Assembly (NCBI GenBank): GCA_002269645.1
Contig: NIVC01003571.1
Coordinates: forward strand, 26,636-90,635
Reading direction: 5' to 3'
From: Macrostomum lignano
Taxonomy: Eukaryota
Length of the DNA stretch: 64,000 bases
In this document: positions 58,405 through 64,000 of the stretch, piece after piece
Position numbering within the stretch: the first letter of the stretch is position 1
Layout of the letters: each line of letters starts with the position of its first letter
Notes under the pieces: generated by a model
Told to the model about the DNA's origin: nothing
Databases searched by the model: none
The model's input: the letters and a program-made list of their open reading frames with translations, nothing else
Position numbers and translations under genes: made by a program

Positions 58405-61400
58405 TTCGTGACGCCGCTTATCTTAGTCTCGATTGCATGACCAGCTGTGTACTTTTTTGTGCGCATGTATATAATAGCCCTTCTTCCTGCCCGCAACTTT
58501 TCCTGTCACAATCACTGTCAGCCAAGTTAAAATAATCTAAACTTTCGATAAGATTGTTTTTGTGTGCTTCTGAGCATTTATATATCATATCTAAACTCTG
58601 CATGTCACATTGTATCTGTAACCTGTACATGCTGTTTGTTAATCTTTACCTGTGTTTATTATAATCATATATGACACGTATTTTTGTCACTATTTAGGCA
58701 TCATATAGCCGATTTATTTTCAAACAAATCACTTATATTTTTGTATTAAGTTGTACTAAACCACTGGTTGCTCACTCAACGCCCACAATCCTGTTTATTT
58801 TCTTTGATTCCTTACGATAATACATATATAAAGCTAAATCCTTGATTTTTCCACTGCTTTATGTTTATTTTTTTATAAACGTCTTATATCTGCAAGCAGT
58901 GTGTCAACTATGCACTACTCGGTGAGAGTCCACATTGTCACATCTTTATTGTGCTGTTTTCAAGTTTTTTAGTAGACCAAAAATCTATTTATATATTTGT
59001 ACCTATCAATAAATAATCAATACTGGTGTTTAGGGAGTTTTATTAAAATTGATCTTGCTTGCATTTTGAGTTGAGGCGGGAGCGACGGAAGTCCATGCAC
59101 GTGTTTCTGTGTGCAGTTTCTCAATGACAATTTTCTTATCAGCATGACAGTCCAAGTTGTACGTATTTGCTCGTATTTCTGCATTCATCAGAGTTTTGAC
59201 AGTTGCTTATAGTTCGCAACTATGCATCTTTACAGTTTGTTCATTCAATCACAAGTACTGAGTGTATTTCAATATTTTATCTCCCTGTCCTGTCGTTAAT
59301 CTTTGCAAATGCACTTACCTGACATTTTAATCAGGCGTTTATTGCTCTCAACTAACGTATCCTTTATATTTTAATTCAGTATCGTTTTTTCAGTTTAATA
59401 ATCTACACCTACAGCTTGTTACTTTATAATGTATGGGCCCTGCCCTGTCCTAGAGTTGTACAAAATAACTTGATTCCGTGTCTTGTATTATCAACACACT
59501 TCGTGAAGTGGGGTAGCGTAGTTAATAACAAAACGATTAAAAGTTCACGTCTGTTAACCGATAAGCCTAGCATGGTTATCGGGGTTAGAGGCTAGGGTGG
59601 AAAACACCAAAAAAATCGATATTCCTCAATTACCCCAGTCAGTCAGGCCGCCGTTGTGGCTAGAAGTCTGCTTAGCCTATAGCCATTCATTATGAGGCTA
59701 TCGGAGGTTAGAAAAGATTAATGGTTGGGGTTTAAAAAACAGATAATAAAATCGATAAGCCTCAGCCACCTCTAGCCAGAGCGGCGTAGCCAATAGCCGT
59801 GGTTAGAAAATCTAGGACTGTAGGGTTGAAAAAATCGATAAACTAACCGCTTCACTCACTCGCGGCTGCGTACACTCGTAGCTATTTAAAATTTGCTAAA
59901 TAAAGTTTTAATGGCCCGAACCTACTACGCCATGTACATGCATATAGGAAGGACGGATTCACTTAAAGTCCAGTATGTGCCGATTACGCTCGTAACTGCA
60001 TTACTGCACCGACCAGCCCGAATTTTCAGACTAAGAAAGAGAGAGAAACTTTTTTATTATTGGCGACTCAGTACAGCAATAAATTGTTTAATACAGTTCA
60101 AAGTAAACCGTTTATTTATTTATCCCTCGTGACTCCACGGAAATTTTGTAACTGGATAGATCTCAATTAACTACTCAACTCACTTATCTATTTGCGTAAT
60201 GCCGTTTTTGTAATTGACAAACACGAGTGCACTATTATGTTTTATTGACTTATTGTGAAATTGAATATTGTCCGACAACATTTTCTTTCACTTTTCAAAT
60301 GATAAAGCGCTTTGTATTACTTCAAAGTCTTACAGTTGCTGTGCTTATTTGTTTTTATTTGTTTGTTACATAAACACTTATTTATTGCCGTTTTGCTTTA
60401 ACTTAAATAATAGAATCTTGCGCAAGGGCAATTTCTCTACATGGATTATTTCAATAAAGGTTTACTTTAATTTATTTACTTTCTTTGTAAAGGATTTTGC
60501 ATATCATAAAATAGTTATGGGTCATTTCTCTGTAGCACAATTTATCTGCACTAATAGCTAGCTAATTGGTAGGTAACTCAATCGTTTCGTGGGCAGCTTA
60601 TTGTGTTCTTTACCCTCTACTTATGCTCGTAAGTAGCATAAGTAGTATGCTAGGCCAACAAATTGTTAATCCTTAGCTTTGCTATCCAGTAAGTTACTCC
60701 ATTATTATACTATTTACTGTTTTACTATTTTATTTTTTCGACCGAAGAGTCCTAGAAATAAAAACTCAAATGACTTAGACTAGCTTTGAATTCCAAACCT
60801 CGTCGTGTTAAAAGTACCAAAAAATTTTCTGGCTGTTTTGAGGAAGAATTGGCATCTCGACCATCTCCGAAGCTGCATGCCGAAGCAAAATTTAAAATTA
60901 AACCATTTTGTTGGATTGCTCCATTTTCCTTTTTTAAATGGCGCATAAACAATTCATAATGGCCTGTGCGAATATTGGTTTGTGTATATGTTATTATTTT
61001 AATGCAGTTTTAAATGAATGTATTTACAATAATCCGCGATTTTTGCATCGTGATTTGGTGAACTACACACCTAATGTGTTATATTGGGCACAAAAATAGT
61101 ATAGCAGAGATATAGCAGTACCTTAGGCCACATTCAAAGCTTTACAATTTAATAGTTAAACAACATTTTGATTCATTACGAGAATACATTTTCGAGCAGA
61201 CAGTCGGATAACATTAAAGACAACTGCTTGGTATGCCTTCATAAATCTACTGTAAAGATCGGAGCTTTGTTTCTAGTAATTTACGAGTTCTAAAGAGCTC
61301 GGCTCAAAGGCAGTAGTAATAAGCATGTACTATACAAATGGATGCGCAAACCAGGCGTTAGCGAGCATTATTGCTTGGTTGCTGGCTGACGCCTTGCTAC

Positions 61401-61525
61401 TGCTAAATATAATTTTTGTAAGCTCGTGCGCACTGCTGCTACACTGACTTGTGGTTGATTCGCGAATCAGCCAATGATGACCGACGGTCCAGCCTTGGAA
61501 GCGGTGCTGCCGCAGCCAGTTTCGG

Positions 61526-62785
61526 TCAGTGCTGACGCGATTTTAGCGAGTGAGCCAGGGCAAGCCAGTGCCGGTAGTTGATCGTCTGACTCTTCAGCCC
61601 AGTGCGGAACAGCGGCCCGCCGTTGGCCACGGCCGCCTCGATTTCCTCCACTAGATAGTCTATAGCATCTGTCTTGTGCTTGCACTCCGTTTTACTGGCC
61701 TCCGCTGCGCCGTCCTTGGTGCATTGGCGATGGCTGCTCAGCCTGTTGCACACCTGGGCCAGTCTCTGCAGCTGGGTCTGCCGTCTGGACCGCTCTTCGT
61801 CGCCAATGGTTGACACGGACAGCAATCGGCGTGCGGCGCGTGCTTCTGCACCGTCGACTGCGACTTGCTTCGCTGCACTTCACGCTAGAATTGTCCGCCG
61901 GTGCCAGGCCGGTGAATTTGCCCGTAGTCGTCGGCAGCTGACTGTCGCTTGCTTTGCGTGGGTGGTGCTGCGGCAGCGACATTGTCACCATTGGCAAATC
62001 AAATACAACGTGCGGATGCGTCGGCGAAGGCGATTTCTGTGACATCGCCGGAATTGCCAGTTCAATTAGCACAGTCTGGCCATGCTGTCGTCTGCTCCCG
62101 GTCCTTCGCATGCTCCGATTCCTCTGCCGCGGCAATAGCTTCGCTGTAAGACGTCGCTGGGCCGAAGTCCAACGCTGCAAGCGCGGCTCTGGAAATGGAG
62201 TGTACTTAGTGTCACTGGCCATGGTAGCCGCCGGCGATGCGAGTAGATCGAGAGGTCAGGCAGCCTTCCTGGGTCAGCTCTTGTGCTGTCCGATCGTGCC
62301 TGAACCGGACTGGTAGCTCTGGCTGGCGCAGCCTCAGCTCATTCATTAGACGTGCCCGCATCCGACCGGCTTGCCTCTCGCCGCTGTCTGGACCGCGCGG
62401 CGACGGCGTAGTCTCTGTCTCCATGACAACTGTTGTGTATGGCGATAGGCCGCACTTAGACCCAATTTCGTCGACTTGTTGCCTGGCTGATGCTGGCACT
62501 GTTGTCTCGTCGGTTGTAGCTTCAAACCTGCGCCGGCCGTAGGTGCCAACTCGCTGCTGGCTCGCTCCAGCCTGGCTAGGCGTTTCGCGCCCTCAGCTCG
62601 GCGCTGACGCTCCGTTGCCATTCGCTCATTACTCTCGGCGACCGTTGCCGTTCGAGACCTCGTAGTCATTGGCGTTGTGGCGCTTGTTCTTGTGGTCATG
62701 GTTCGAGTCACAGCCAGCGTGGTGGTCGCCTCCTCAGCGGATGGTGAGCGGCTGCTTTGGGTCAGGAATATGCGCTGGCTGCTTT
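61526..62785 (-). pseudogene. GC-rich coding-like segment broken across several frames, product unknown
   Basis: Acceptor ttttaattgcag just upstream (62786) and overlapping ORFs in three frames. No recognisable domain. Confidence 0.25.
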
Positions 62786-64000
62786 CTGCAATTAAAAGGT
62801 TAAAATAGGTTTTTAAGTCTTGTTGCAATCGGGACTTGTTAAGCAGAGTTTGTCATGGTTATCATGCAAGCTGAATTGCCTTTTGTCATTCCTTAAAGCA
62901 TCCACCGTGAACGAGTGGCAACTTAATCTAAGCTCCAGTTTACTCTGCTGTGATAGGATAGCAGATTTGAGCTGCGGTAGAAGCAGCTCATATAAATACA
63001 GGCTGGGAGTTGCGACTTCCCAGTCTCAGCACTGTAAAAACTGTACGCAGCCTTTGGATGCGCCGCGCTATTGCAACGGCTGTTCTGTTGCATACCACCT
63101 AGCCATCTTGCAGTGGGTAAGGCCTATTTCAATTATATCGTATTCTATCAGATCAGAACGACCACTGGTGCAGTTGGACCATTGTAAACACGTTTCACCT
63201 ACCCGTTGTCATTTGCCGATTCGATAGAATTCCAGTGTTGAAGCCAGGTTAATTAACGCACTGATCTCAATTCTGTGTTCTGTGATGTTGCGAAAGTTTA
63301 GTGACTGTCTGTTTCAACTCCTTGGCAGAAAAAGTTTATATATGTATTACGATTCTTAGCTTTCTTTCTAGGAATTGACGGGTGTGTGTTATTCGTAAAC
63401 CAATAGTATTGTATCTTTTCGGTAGATTTTTTCTCACCCTCGTGTTCAATAGAATAGTATAGTTCGTACAAGCCCCCCTGACATTCGTTTCTTTTTCGAC
63501 CAGTTTGTCTGGGTCTCGGTTACTCTTTTGCCATGCAGTAAACACTCTGGTCGGTCCTTGTCTGTCTGTCTCTCTTTCTATACAAGGAATGCTGCAAGTA
63601 TGAGTTGAATTAAGACCAGCTGAGATTTAGTTAAACGTTGTCGGTTCTAGCATAAAAGTCCCTTGCTGTACTCATCTAAGCATCTCTATACGAGCCTAAT
63701 ACAAGCACAATTTAGCGCAACAACTCATTGTTTTTTGATGCAGTGCTCCTTATCTGCATAATCGTGCTGCTAATGCGAGTCTGCTCAGCTCTACTCGTAC
63801 TAGCTGGCAAGCGAGCCTCAGCGAGGGTCAGAGTAGCGCTTTCTCGCTGCCTCCCCTCCCTCTGGCCCCTGCCTAATAATGCCACTGCGATGGTTTCTTG
63901 CTGTGCGACCCAGATTTTTCTCTCCGTGGCTGACAACCAACGGATTTTAGTTTTATCGCTACACTCCAGGCCTGTAGCTCTAATAAGCTTTCATAACGAC

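Noticed and set aside
59555-59850. Repeated tagggt(g/t)gaaaa..aaatcgat motifs and short palindromes suggesting a MITE
   Set aside because: No clean terminal pair or TSD could be fixed by eye.
63712-63936. Short minus-strand ORF near the window end
   Set aside because: It may be an exon, but it has no domain, no confirmed donor and no context inside the window.

Overview
This is eukaryotic (metazoan) genomic DNA. AT-rich intergenic DNA, GC-rich spliced exons, polyQ tracts and minisatellite-filled introns resemble the flatworm Macrostomum lignano, but that species call is inference only. Bases 1-44,500 are mostly transposon-derived. (1) A Mutator-like element with a PHD-FLYWCH-DDE transposase, killed by two TGA stops, nested inside an older TIR element. 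(2) A 23.5-kb foldback structure (7592-31134) with multi-kb inverted arms, CAC...GTG ends and a 7-bp direct repeat at its borders. Each arm carries its own private insertion, and the centre is a Tc1 remnant split by a templated 2.1-kb copy of arm sequence. (3) A decayed hAT transposase. (4) Two RNase H-type (Ingi/I-group-like) LINEs inserted 6 bp apart in a CAA/CAG polyQ tract, each with its own TSD. The larger LINE starts with a predicted HDV-like ribozyme fold, then a 2A-like peptide, two PHD fingers, APE, RT and RNase H. Bases 45,000-58,400 hold three co-directional host genes: a 6-exon, about 1432-aa uncharacterised protein with a BC-box/SOCS-like motif, a PLEKHJ1/PHETA-like PH protein, and an ARHGAP18/28-family RhoGAP. 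Most long ORFs in the supplied track are read-through of tandem repeats and are not genes.
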